From Candidatus Methylomirabilia bacterium (GTDB taxonomy: Bacteria > Methylomirabilota > Methylomirabilia > Rokubacteriales > CSP1-6): a stretch of 22,972 nt of DNA. Location: NCBI GenBank assembly GCA_041496385.1, contig JBGQEL010000065.1, forward strand, positions 1 through 22,972, read 5' to 3'. The position numbers and the translations under genes are program-made. The notes under the pieces were generated by a model, which was not told where the DNA came from, did not search any database, and saw nothing but the letters and a program-made list of their open reading frames with translations. This document shows positions 1 to 10,162 of the stretch, piece by piece; within the stretch, counting starts at the first letter, position 1; the number at the start of each line of letters is the position of its first letter.

Positions 1-719
1 CGCAGGTCGGCGCCGATCGCCTTGCCGAGGCGCGCCTGGTCGGCGACGAAGTCGAGCGAGTCGTCGGAGATCTGGAACGCCACACCGATGTCGAGTCCGT
101 AGCGCGTGAGCGCCTCGACCTGCTCGGGCGGCGCGCCGCCGAGCAGCGCCCCGATACGGCAGCAGGCGGAGATGAACGACGCCGTCTTCTGCGTGATGAT
201 CCGAAGATACTCCGTCTCGGACGTGTTGCCGCTGCGCTTGAGCTCGAGCTGGAACACCTCCGCCTCGGTCATGGACACCGTCGAGCGCGCCAGCGTCTCC
301 ATCACCGCACGGTCATTGTCGCGCACGAGCATGGCGAAGGATTTCGAGTAGAGGTGGTCGCCGACCAGCACCGAGGCGTCGTCGCCCCACTGCGCGTTCG
401 CCGACGGCCGGCCGCGGCGGAGCGGGGCCTGGTCCACGACGTCGTCGTGAATGAGCGTGGCGGTGTGGAGCAGCTCGACCACGCAGGCGAGGCGCACGCC
501 GCGCGGGCCCCGGTGGCCGGCGAGCCGGGCCGCCAGGAGCAGCAGGATCGGCCGCAGGCGCTTGCCCCCCGCGCCGGCGATGTAGCCGCCCATCTCCCGG
601 ATGAGCGGGACCGGCGAGTCCAGCTCGCGGCGGATCTCGGTCTCGACCGCCTCGAGATCCTCACCGACCAGGCCGGCGACGCGCTCCTTCAGAACCTGTT
701 CGAGGGTGGGCGTGGGCAC
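1..719 (-). CDS. ispB: Long-chain trans-polyprenyl diphosphate synthase (IspB/HepT-like), 3' end beyond the window edge
   Basis: Not in the ORF track because it runs off the edge. Manual translation from GTG at 719 gives MPTPTLEQVLKERVAG...GGKRLRP...ELLHTATLIHDDVVD..LRRG (first Asp-rich motif), KTA, and FQISDDSLD (second Asp-rich motif). Ala five residues before the first DDxxD indicates a long-chain product. Confidence 0.9.
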   Translation of the reverse strand, partial: MPTPTLEQVLKERVAGLVGEDLEAVETEIRRELDSPVPLIREMGGYIAGAGGKRLRPILLLLAARLAGHRGPRGVRLACVVELLHTATLIHDDVVDQAPLRRGRPSANAQWGDDASVLVGDHLYSKSFAMLVRDNDRAVMETLARSTVSMTEAEVFQLELKRSGNTSETEYLRIITQKTASFISACCRIGALLGGAPPEQVEALTRYGLDIGVAFQISDDSLDFVADQARLGKAIGADL

Positions 720-725
720 GCGGGG

Positions 726-731
726 AGGCTA
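726..731 (-). promoter_or_regulatory. Putative -10 element (TAGCCT) 6 nt upstream of the polyprenyl synthase GTG; possible leaderless start
   Basis: Minus strand reads TAGCCT-ccccgc-GTG. It fits TAnnnT, overlaps the upstream stop codon, and there is no SD. Confidence 0.35.
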
Positions 732-1436
732 CTTGAGGACGACGCGGTCCTTGACCTTGATCGCCGCGCCCGGCGCCACCGACTGCACGTCGGCGACCGA
801 GAACCGCTCGCGCGTCTCCGTGACGCGTGCCGTCGCGACCTCCTCGTCGAGCTCGCCCAGCACCTCGCCGGTCACGGGATGAACGAGCGGGATCTTGTCG
901 CGGCGGAGACTCACGAGCGTCCCCGGTCGGACGCCGTCGATCGCGGTCAGATCGATGACGATACGCGTCGTGTCCACGTACACGACCATGCCCCGCTTGG
1001 TGGTCTCGGGCACGGCCGCGGCGCCGTCCCGCGCGCCCGCGGTCTTCGGCGCCTCGCCCGCGCGCGGGGCCGCGGCCGGGCGCGCCGGCTCCGTGGACGC
1101 CGTCTGGTAGGGCACACCCTGCCGTGGGCTGATCTTGCCGCCGCCCGGCGGGGCGCCGTACTTCGCGACGATCTCGGGCTGCGCGATGATCGCGCTCTTG
1201 CCGCGAACGAGGGTCGTGAGCGTGAGAGGAATCTTGTCCTCCTCGACCCAGACGTACTCGGGCTCGCTGGCGACGTCGCCGAACCGCGGGTTCTTGATCA
1301 GGAGCCAGCGTGTTTCGGCCGACCGGATCGTGACCGACGGCTCGGGCGGCGCCTGGACGCCGAGGACTTGCTTGACGCTCGTGCACCCGGCGAGCAACAG
1401 GGGAACCGCGAGGCACCACGCGAGGCGCCGCTTCAT
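729..1436 (-). CDS. Lipoprotein with C-terminal FlgT-C-like beta domain (235 aa)
   Basis: N-terminus MKRRLAWCLAVPLLLAGC has an LAGC lipobox. An Ala/Pro-rich linker precedes a C-terminal IDL..GVRPG...VHPVTGEVLG...ARV...FSVA...IKVKDRV pattern resembling the FlgT C-terminal domain. Confidence 0.75.
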   Translation of the reverse strand: MKRRLAWCLAVPLLLAGCTSVKQVLGVQAPPEPSVTIRSAETRWLLIKNPRFGDVASEPEYVWVEEDKIPLTLTTLVRGKSAIIAQPEIVAKYGAPPGGGKISPRQGVPYQTASTEPARPAAAPRAGEAPKTAGARDGAAAVPETTKRGMVVYVDTTRIVIDLTAIDGVRPGTLVSLRRDKIPLVHPVTGEVLGELDEEVATARVTETRERFSVADVQSVAPGAAIKVKDRVVLK

Positions 1437-1443
1437 CGGGTCA

Positions 1444-1452
1444 AAGATAGCA
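1444..1452 (-). promoter_or_regulatory. Extended -10 promoter element (TG-C-TATCTT) 7 nt upstream of the lipoprotein ATG; leaderless-type
   Basis: Minus strand reads TGCTATCTT-tgacccg-ATG(1436) in a 27-nt intergenic gap with no SD. Confidence 0.55.
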
Positions 1453-1463
1453 TAGACGCGGGG

Positions 1464-2257
1464 TTAGTCCTCGGCGCCCGGTTCCCAGGGAAACCGCTGC
1501 TCCTCCGAGGCCGTCGGCAGCACGAGCGGCTGGCGCCGCGAGAAGAGCGCGGTGCCGGTGACGGCCGAGATCCACGTCGTGTCGAGGTAGGTCACGCCGC
1601 GCCGCTCGAGGAGCACGGGGACGATCCAGCCCGACACCTCGAACGATCGCGATGCCCGGATCGCCCGGTCGGGCAGGGCGAGCAGCTCCACGACCCGGGC
1701 CCCGCCGTTCGCGAACAGCTCGCCGACCGCCAGCGGATCCGCCACCTGGAAGCGCTTGGAGCGCTCGAGGGCCGTCGCGAAGAGAAACGGCACGCGCCGC
1801 AGGTCGGCCTTCGAGCCCGTGAGGTCGAGGACCGGCGTGATCGCGATCTTGAGCCGGCCCCGGGTGATGCGTACACCGTCGTCCACGCCCGGGCGCGGTG
1901 TCCCGTCGACGGGCACGTACTGCGCCTCCGAGAGGCGCGCCTGGACGCGCCGGACGTGGGCGTAGCCGAGCATCTCCTCGAACCGGCCGAGCGCCTTGCC
2001 GGTGAACGGATGGACAAACGCCTCGCCCTTGCGGAAGATCGTGAACTCCTGCCCGACCTGCGCGCCCCGGCCCTCCCCGAGGTCGAGGTAGAGCACGTCG
2101 CCGTCCACACCGACGATGACCCCTTCCATCGGCTGGAACGCGCGGACGAACTCCTCCGCCATCAGGCCGAAGGTCGCGCCGACGCGATCGGCGAGCCCCG
2201 CGTGGGCAGGACCGGCCAGCAGGACCAGGACGAGGGCGGCGGCCGCCCACCCCCGGC

Positions 2258-2261
<4 letters not shown>
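1464..2261 (-). CDS. Exported protein (~265 aa) with N-terminal FlgT-C-like domain and C-terminal CsgG/TolB-N-like alpha/beta domain
   Basis: C-terminal part of track ORF 1464..3683. The probable TTG start at 2261 overlaps the mutase stop (TTGA). Signal peptide ...[17 protein letters not shown]; motifs [21 protein letters not shown] and [14 protein letters not shown]. The start is inferred. Confidence 0.7.
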
Positions 2262-3832
<1,571 letters not shown>

Positions 3833-3873
3833 CGGATCGCCTCGCGCCGCGCGCGTCGGCCGCGCATCTCCAC

Positions 3874-5426
<1,553 letters not shown>

Positions 5427-5442
5427 CAAGCGTCTAGTTTCA

Positions 5443-5472
5443 TTGACTTTGGTTTCCTTTTCCACCAATAAT
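5443..5472 (+). promoter_or_regulatory. Putative sigma70 promoter (TTGACT-N18-AATAAT) for the DUF948 gene, within the 54-bp AT-rich divergent intergenic region
   Basis: TTGACT at 5443-5448 and AATAAT at 5467-5472, with ATG 8 nt downstream and no SD. The stretch is conspicuously AT-rich in GC-rich DNA. Confidence 0.55.
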
Positions 5473-5480
5473 TCAAGCCC

Positions 5481-5873
5481 ATGCCTGTCTGGGCCCAGAC
5501 GCTCCTCAGCCTCGCCGCGCTCTGCCTGATGCTGGCGCTCGTGGCCGCCGTCCTGTCGCTCCGCCGGGTGGCGCAGCGCGCCGAGGGCGTGCTGACGATC
5601 GTCGAGCAGGAGCTGCGGCCGCTGGTCGGCCAGGCGCACGCGCTCACCGAGGACGTGCGTGCGCTCACGCGCGAGGCGAGCCGGGAGCTCGAGCGCGTCG
5701 GCCAGGTCACCGACCGGCTCAACGAGGTCGCCCAGGGGGTCGGCCGCGTCGTATCGTTGCTGGGGGGCCTCACGCGGGCCGGACAGCTCGTCGGGATAGC
5801 GGCGGGCCTCAAGAAGGGCGTGGAGGTGTTCGTCGAGCGCTTTCGCAAGGAGCAAGGAGACAACCATGAGTGA
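5481..5873 (+). CDS. DUF948/YoxC(YtxG)-like membrane-anchored coiled-coil protein, 130 aa
   Basis: N-terminal TM helix followed by a heptad-like helical region. Overlaps the downstream YtxH-like gene, the usual pairing for this family. Confidence 0.7.
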   Translation: MPVWAQTLLSLAALCLMLALVAAVLSLRRVAQRAEGVLTIVEQELRPLVGQAHALTEDVRALTREASRELERVGQVTDRLNEVAQGVGRVVSLLGGLTRAGQLVGIAAGLKKGVEVFVERFRKEQGDNHE

Positions 5874-6183
5874 CGAGCGAGGCGACGCTGCGGGATACCT
5901 CGGCTGGTTCTTCCTCGGCGCGGTGGTCGGCGCCGCCGCGGGGATTCTGCTCACGCCCAGGACCGGGCAGCAGGCGCGCGAACTCCTGCTGCAGCAGGGC
6001 GGCGAGGTCGCGAAGAAGGCGCAGGAGTTCGCCGCGGAGGCGCAGGGGCGCGCCGGCGAGTGGATCGACAAGAGCCGCGAGCTCTTCGAGGAGCAAACGC
6101 AGCGGCTGATGAGCGCCTTCGAGGCGGGCAAGGACGCGATGCGGGAGGAGATCCGCAAGGGATCCGCGCCCACTCGTGGCTGA
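5866..6183 (+). CDS. YtxH-domain protein, 105 aa
   Basis: [25 protein letters not shown] matches the YtxH signature (G..G...G.L.AP.SG.E.R). SD AAGGAG lies upstream. Confidence 0.82.
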   Translation: MSDERGDAAGYLGWFFLGAVVGAAAGILLTPRTGQQARELLLQQGGEVAKKAQEFAAEAQGRAGEWIDKSRELFEEQTQRLMSAFEAGKDAMREEIRKGSAPTRG

Positions 6184-6775
6184 GGTCGAGCTCCCCCACC
6201 CCGACGAGCTGCGCGAGCACGCCGAGAACGCCTTCAGCCGTCGCGTCGCGCTGACCACGGCGATCTACGCGGTGGTCCTCGCGATCGCCTCCCTGGGCGG
6301 CAGCAACGCGATGAAGGAGATGCTGCTCGCCCAGCAGCAGTCCTCCGACCAGTGGGCCTTCTACCAGGCCAAGGTCATCCGCGAGCACCAGTACCGCGGC
6401 CAGAAGCTGCTGCTCGCGGCGCAGCTCGCCGAACCCTCGCCCCTCAAGGGCGCCGAGCGCTCGAAGTTCGAGACGCTCGCCGCGAAGTTCGGCGAGGAGG
6501 AGAAGCGCTACAACGTCGAGAAGAAGGACATCGAGAAGGACGCGAAGAAGCTCGAGGCGACGCGGGACCGGCACCGGAACCGCGATCCCTATTTCGAGTT
6601 CGCCGCGGTGTTCCTCCAGATCGCGATCGTGACCGCGTCGGTGTCCATCCTGTCCGTCTCACGGCCGATGTTCTGGTTCTCGCTGGGCCTCGCCGTGATC
6701 GGCGCGGTCCTGACCGTGAACGGCTTCGCCCAGGTCTTCACGTTGCCCTTCCTGCACCACGGCCCCGCGCACTAG
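6176..6775 (+). CDS. DUF4337-family membrane protein, 199 aa
   Basis: TM helix, [10 protein letters not shown] motif, coiled-coil, then FLQIAIV..SVSIL and a terminal TM helix. The GTG start overlaps the YtxH-like gene; SD GGAGG lies upstream at longer than usual spacing. Confidence 0.75.
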   Translation: MAEVELPHPDELREHAENAFSRRVALTTAIYAVVLAIASLGGSNAMKEMLLAQQQSSDQWAFYQAKVIREHQYRGQKLLLAAQLAEPSPLKGAERSKFETLAAKFGEEEKRYNVEKKDIEKDAKKLEATRDRHRNRDPYFEFAAVFLQIAIVTASVSILSVSRPMFWFSLGLAVIGAVLTVNGFAQVFTLPFLHHGPAH

Positions 6776-6807
6776 CGTCTGGCCGCCGCCCGGTCCCCCG
6801 GGGTCGG

Positions 6808-6990
6808 TCACGCCTTCTTCTCGTCCTTGGGCGGAGCCTCGTCGGCCTTGCCGCTTTCGTTGATGCCCTTCTTGAACTCGTTGACGGATTTGCCGAGCGA
6901 GCGCGCGAGCTCGGGCAGCTTGCTTCCGCCGAAGAGGACCAGCGCGATGACGAGGATCACGATCACTTCCTGGCTTCCGAGTCCAAACAC
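6808..6990 (-). CDS. tatA: Twin-arginine translocase TatA/TatE subunit, 60 aa
   Basis: MFGLGSQEVIVILVIALVLFGGSKLPELARSLGKSVNEFKKG: TM helix, FG hinge, KLP amphipathic helix, FK motif. SD AGGAGA 7 nt before GTG. Confidence 0.95.
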   Translation of the reverse strand: MFGLGSQEVIVILVIALVLFGGSKLPELARSLGKSVNEFKKGINESGKADEAPPKDEKKA

Positions 6991-7059
6991 TGGGAGATCT
7001 CCTGGCCTGGGGGCCGTAGAACGTGCACTGCCTCCGACGCCGCCGGCGAACGCCGCGGG

Positions 7060-7347
7060 TCAGGACGCGGGAGGTGCGCGCGAGGTCTCCGGCACGGCGA
7101 CGCGGCACCCGTGGACGGCGCGCGCCCCGGGCGCGGAGCGCGTGGCGGCGGCCGGCGCCGGGAGGACGGCGACCTGGGGCTCGACCGCCGGAGTCTGATC
7201 CCAGACCAGGACGACCAGCTCGTCGCCGTCGGCGCCGTCGTAAAGGCCGGCGATCCAGGTCGGATCGGGCACGCTCGAGGCCGCGGCGGCGGGCGCCGAC
7301 AGGACGACGAGGACCAGCAGGTAGGGCAGCGCCCGGCGCTGGATCAT
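7060..7347 (-). CDS. Small exported-type protein (95 aa) with C-terminal RAPP motif; candidate translation-arrest leader peptide upstream of tatA
   Basis: Last 95 codons of track ORF 7060..8313, starting at ATG 7347: MIQRRALPYLLVLVVLSAPAAAA (signal peptide)-SSVPDPTWIAGLYDGADGDELVV...-TSRAPPAS*. A -10 TAGAAT lies 5 nt before the ATG. Confidence 0.7.
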   Translation of the reverse strand: MIQRRALPYLLVLVVLSAPAAAASSVPDPTWIAGLYDGADGDELVVLVWDQTPAVEPQVAVLPAPAAATRSAPGARAVHGCRVAVPETSRAPPAS

Positions 7348-7352
7348 GCCCG

Positions 7353-7358
7353 ATTCTA
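7353..7358 (-). promoter_or_regulatory. -10 element TAGAAT for a probably leaderless RAPP-ORF/tatA transcript
   Basis: Minus strand reads ggTAGAAT-cgggc-ATG(7347). Near-consensus -10, no SD. Confidence 0.6.
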
Positions 7359-7586
7359 CCGCCTCGGGGCGAGGGACTCCATCGTGGCGAGGACCGTGTC
7401 GAGCGAGGGGCCCCCGGGCTGGAAGTTCGGGTCGAGGAACAGCTCCGTCACCCCCAGCGGGGCGTACTGCGCCATGTCGCGACGGATCTCGTCGGGCGAC
7501 CCCGCGAGCCGCCGCCGACACACGATCGGGACCGCCTCGGGATCGCGGCCGAGCTCCCGGGCGAGCCGCCGCAGGCGGGACACCAC
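7356..7586 (-). pseudogene. Probable C-terminal remnant of an LLM-class (luciferase-like, F420/FMN-dependent) oxidoreductase, 76 aa
   Basis: RLARELGRDPEAVPI...GSPDEIRRDMAQYAPLGVTELFLD resembles the end of LLM TIM-barrel enzymes (A...GRDP...G..E.I...L..Y...GV). It is far too short for the barrel and has no SD. Confidence 0.5.
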
Positions 7587-7613
7587 CGCGGCGCCGCGCG
7601 GCGCGCGCGACGA

Positions 7614-8771
7614 CTACGCGCGCCAATCGATCCGGGTCGGCAGGAGATGGTCGGCGATCAGGTTCCGCATCATCTCCACGGTGCCGCCGCCGATCGCGAA
7701 CATGCGCGCGTCGCGCGCCATGCGCTCGAGAGGCAGCGAGCGCCCGTAGCCGGCGGCGCCGTGGATCTGGAGCGCCTGGCTTGTCACCGCCTGCGCCATC
7801 TCCGCCGCGAAGGTCTTCGCCTTGGCCGCCTCGAGCGCGTCGGGGAAGCCGCGCCCGGCGCGCGCCGCCGCGCGATGGATGAGGAGCCGCGCGGCGTCGA
7901 GCCCGATCGCCATGTCGGCGAGCTTCCAGCGGATCCCCTGGAAGTCGGCGATCGGCCGGCCGAACTGCCGGCGCTGGGTGGCGTGCCGGAGCGCTAGCTC
8001 GTACGCCCCCTGCGCCAGGCCCAGCGCCACGGTGGCGGCGCCGAGCCGCTGGCCGTTGTAGGCGCGCATGAGCTTCTTGAAGCCGTCGCCCGCCTCGACG
8101 AGGAGGTTCTCCTTCGGCACGAGGCAGCCCTCGAAGTGGAGCTCGCCCTCCGGGATTCCGCGGAGCCCCATCATGAGCTCGCGCCGGCCGATCCTGAACC
8201 CGGGCGTATCCCGCTCGACCAGGAGGCCGCCGATCCCCTCGGCGCCGGGCCGGCCCCCGAAGCGCGCGAAAACGAGGTAGAGCCGTGAGGTCCCGGCGCC
8301 GGTGATCCAGCACTTGTGACCGATGAGCCTGAAGCCGCCCGGCGCCTCCTCGGCGCGCGTCTCGAGGTCCGTCGCCGCCGAGCCCGCGGCGGGCTCGCTG
8401 ATCGCGATCGCGGGCTTTTCACCCTCGAGCACCCAGGGGAAGTACCGGCGCTTCTGCGCCTCGGTCCCGTACGTCTTGAGGGCGCCGACGACGCCGAGAC
8501 TGCCCTCGACGACGATCCGCCCCGTGATGCCGCACGCGCGCGCGACCTCCTCGATCGCGAGGATGACGTCGAGCACCGGACGGTCGGACCCGCCGTACTC
8601 GCGCGGGATCGTCATGCCCATGAGGCCCGCGCCGACGAGGTCCTTCACGTTCTCCCAGGGGTAGTCCTCGCTCGCGTCCCACGCCGCGGCGCGCGCCGCG
8701 AAGACGGCGTCGGCGAGCTCCCGCACCCGACGGCGGAACGCCTCCTGCTCCGGGCCGAGCTCGAGGTCCAT
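7614..8771 (-). CDS. Acyl-CoA dehydrogenase-fold flavoprotein lacking the catalytic Glu; 3-sulfinopropionyl-CoA desulfinase-like, 385 aa
   Basis: ACAD motifs ISEPAAGS, KCWITG, RRQFGRPIADFQ, GAAGY, RDARM. Gln241 (YNGQRLG) and Gly362 (IGGGT) occupy the two positions where ACADs carry the catalytic Glu. Arg85 in TGRI plus YPWENV, GEKPAI and MGLRGIPE match my recollection of the Advenella desulfinase. The confidence value is for the fold; the desulfinase call is less certain. Confidence 0.85.
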   Translation of the reverse strand: MDLELGPEQEAFRRRVRELADAVFAARAAAWDASEDYPWENVKDLVGAGLMGMTIPREYGGSDRPVLDVILAIEEVARACGITGRIVVEGSLGVVGALKTYGTEAQKRRYFPWVLEGEKPAIAISEPAAGSAATDLETRAEEAPGGFRLIGHKCWITGAGTSRLYLVFARFGGRPGAEGIGGLLVERDTPGFRIGRRELMMGLRGIPEGELHFEGCLVPKENLLVEAGDGFKKLMRAYNGQRLGAATVALGLAQGAYELALRHATQRRQFGRPIADFQGIRWKLADMAIGLDAARLLIHRAAARAGRGFPDALEAAKAKTFAAEMAQAVTSQALQIHGAAGYGRSLPLERMARDARMFAIGGGTVEMMRNLIADHLLPTRIDWRA

Positions 8772-8777
8772 GGCGCC

Positions 8778-10160
8778 CTAGATGTGGATCGCCTGCCCGA
8801 GCGCGGCGAGCGTCGCCTCGAAGGCCGCCTCGGAGAGCGTCGGGTGGGCGTGGATGGTATGGATGAACTCCTCCAGCGTCGCCTCGAGCGTCCGGCCGAC
8901 GGCGAACTCGTGGATGATCTCGGTCGCCTCGGGACCCACGATGTGGACGCCGAGGATCTCACCCGTCGCCTTGGCGGCGACGACCTTGACGAAGCCCTCC
9001 GTGTCACCGAGCGCCACCGCCTTGCCGCTCGCCGTGAACGGGAACCTCCCGACGCTGATCTCGCGTGCGTGCTCGCGCGCCCTGGCCTCGGTGAGGCCGA
9101 TCGACGCGACCTGGGGCCGGCAGTAGGTGCAGGAGGGCACGTTTCCGTAGTCCACGGGACGCGGCTCGCGGCCCGCGATCGCCTCGGCCGCGACGACGCC
9201 CTCGGCCATCGCCTTGTGGGCCAGGAGCGGCGGGCCCGCCATGTCGCCGATCGCGTAGACACTCTTCGCGCCGGTCTCCATGCGCGGCGAGACTTTCACG
9301 AAGCCGCGGTCGAGCTGGATGCCCAGCGCCTCGAGCCCGAGCCCCTTCACCTTCGCGGCCCGGCCGACGGCCACCAGCACCTGCTCGGCCTCGAGCTTGC
9401 CCTGGTCGGTCTCGACGATCGCGCCGGGCCCGCCCGCCTTGACCGAGGTGACCTTCACCCCGGTCTTGAGCTCGATGCCGCGACGCCCGAACGCGCGCGC
9501 CAGCTCCTTCGAGCAGTCCTCGTCCTCGACGGGAACGATCCGCGGCAGCGCCTCGAGCAGCGTCACGCGGACGCCGTAGGCGGCGTACACGTCGGCGAAC
9601 TCGACGCCGACGGCACCCGCGCCGATCACGATCAGCGACGCGGGCTTGCGCTCGTTGCGGACGGCGCCGTTCGAGGAGACGACCGTCTTCTCGTCGATCG
9701 TGACGCCGGGCAGCGACCGGGGCTCCGAGCCGGTGGCGAGGATGACCGACTTCGCCTCCAGCGTCTCGGCACCGGCGGCGCCGGTCACCTCGACGGTGTC
9801 GCGCGCCGTGAGGACGCCCCGCCCGGGGAAGAGGGTGATCTTGTTCTTCCTGAACAGGAACTCGACACCCTTGGCCATCCGGTCGGCCACGCGCCGGCTG
9901 CGCTGCACCGCCTCGGCATAGTTCGCCTCGACGCCGCTCACGCGGATCCCGAACTCGGCGGCGCGGCCGAAGAGGGTGACGACCTCGGCGCTACGCAGGA
10001 GGGCCTTCGTGGGAATGCAGCCCCAGTTGAGGCAGACGCCGCCGGCCCGGTCGTCCTCGACGACGCCGACGCTCAGGCCGAGCTGGGCGGCGCGGATCGC
10101 CGCGACGTAGCCGCCCGGGCCGGTGCCCACGACGACGACGTCAAACGCGTGCCGGCCCAT
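8778..10160 (-). CDS. lpdA: Dihydrolipoamide dehydrogenase (E3), 460 aa
   Basis: ATG at 10160. GTGPGGYVAAIRAAQLG (FAD), GGVCLNWGCIPTK (redox disulfide), GAGAVGVE (NAD), HAHPTLSE (catalytic His-Glu). Confidence 0.96.
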   Translation of the reverse strand: MGRHAFDVVVVGTGPGGYVAAIRAAQLGLSVGVVEDDRAGGVCLNWGCIPTKALLRSAEVVTLFGRAAEFGIRVSGVEANYAEAVQRSRRVADRMAKGVEFLFRKNKITLFPGRGVLTARDTVEVTGAAGAETLEAKSVILATGSEPRSLPGVTIDEKTVVSSNGAVRNERKPASLIVIGAGAVGVEFADVYAAYGVRVTLLEALPRIVPVEDEDCSKELARAFGRRGIELKTGVKVTSVKAGGPGAIVETDQGKLEAEQVLVAVGRAAKVKGLGLEALGIQLDRGFVKVSPRMETGAKSVYAIGDMAGPPLLAHKAMAEGVVAAEAIAGREPRPVDYGNVPSCTYCRPQVASIGLTEARAREHAREISVGRFPFTASGKAVALGDTEGFVKVVAAKATGEILGVHIVGPEATEIIHEFAVGRTLEATLEEFIHTIHAHPTLSEAAFEATLAALGQAIHI

Positions 10161-10162
10161 CG

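Noticed and set aside
6776..6807. Bidirectional terminator between the converging DUF4337 and tatA genes
   Set aside because: Only an imperfect GC hairpin (CCCGG-TCCC-CCGGG) without a U-tract on either strand; not supportable.
7356..8771. TAG readthrough (pyrrolysine or fusion) joining the ACAD-fold gene to the in-frame downstream 76-aa frame
   Set aside because: The ACAD-fold protein is already full length at the TAG, in-frame adjacency has a 1-in-3 chance, and no pyl genes are in the window.
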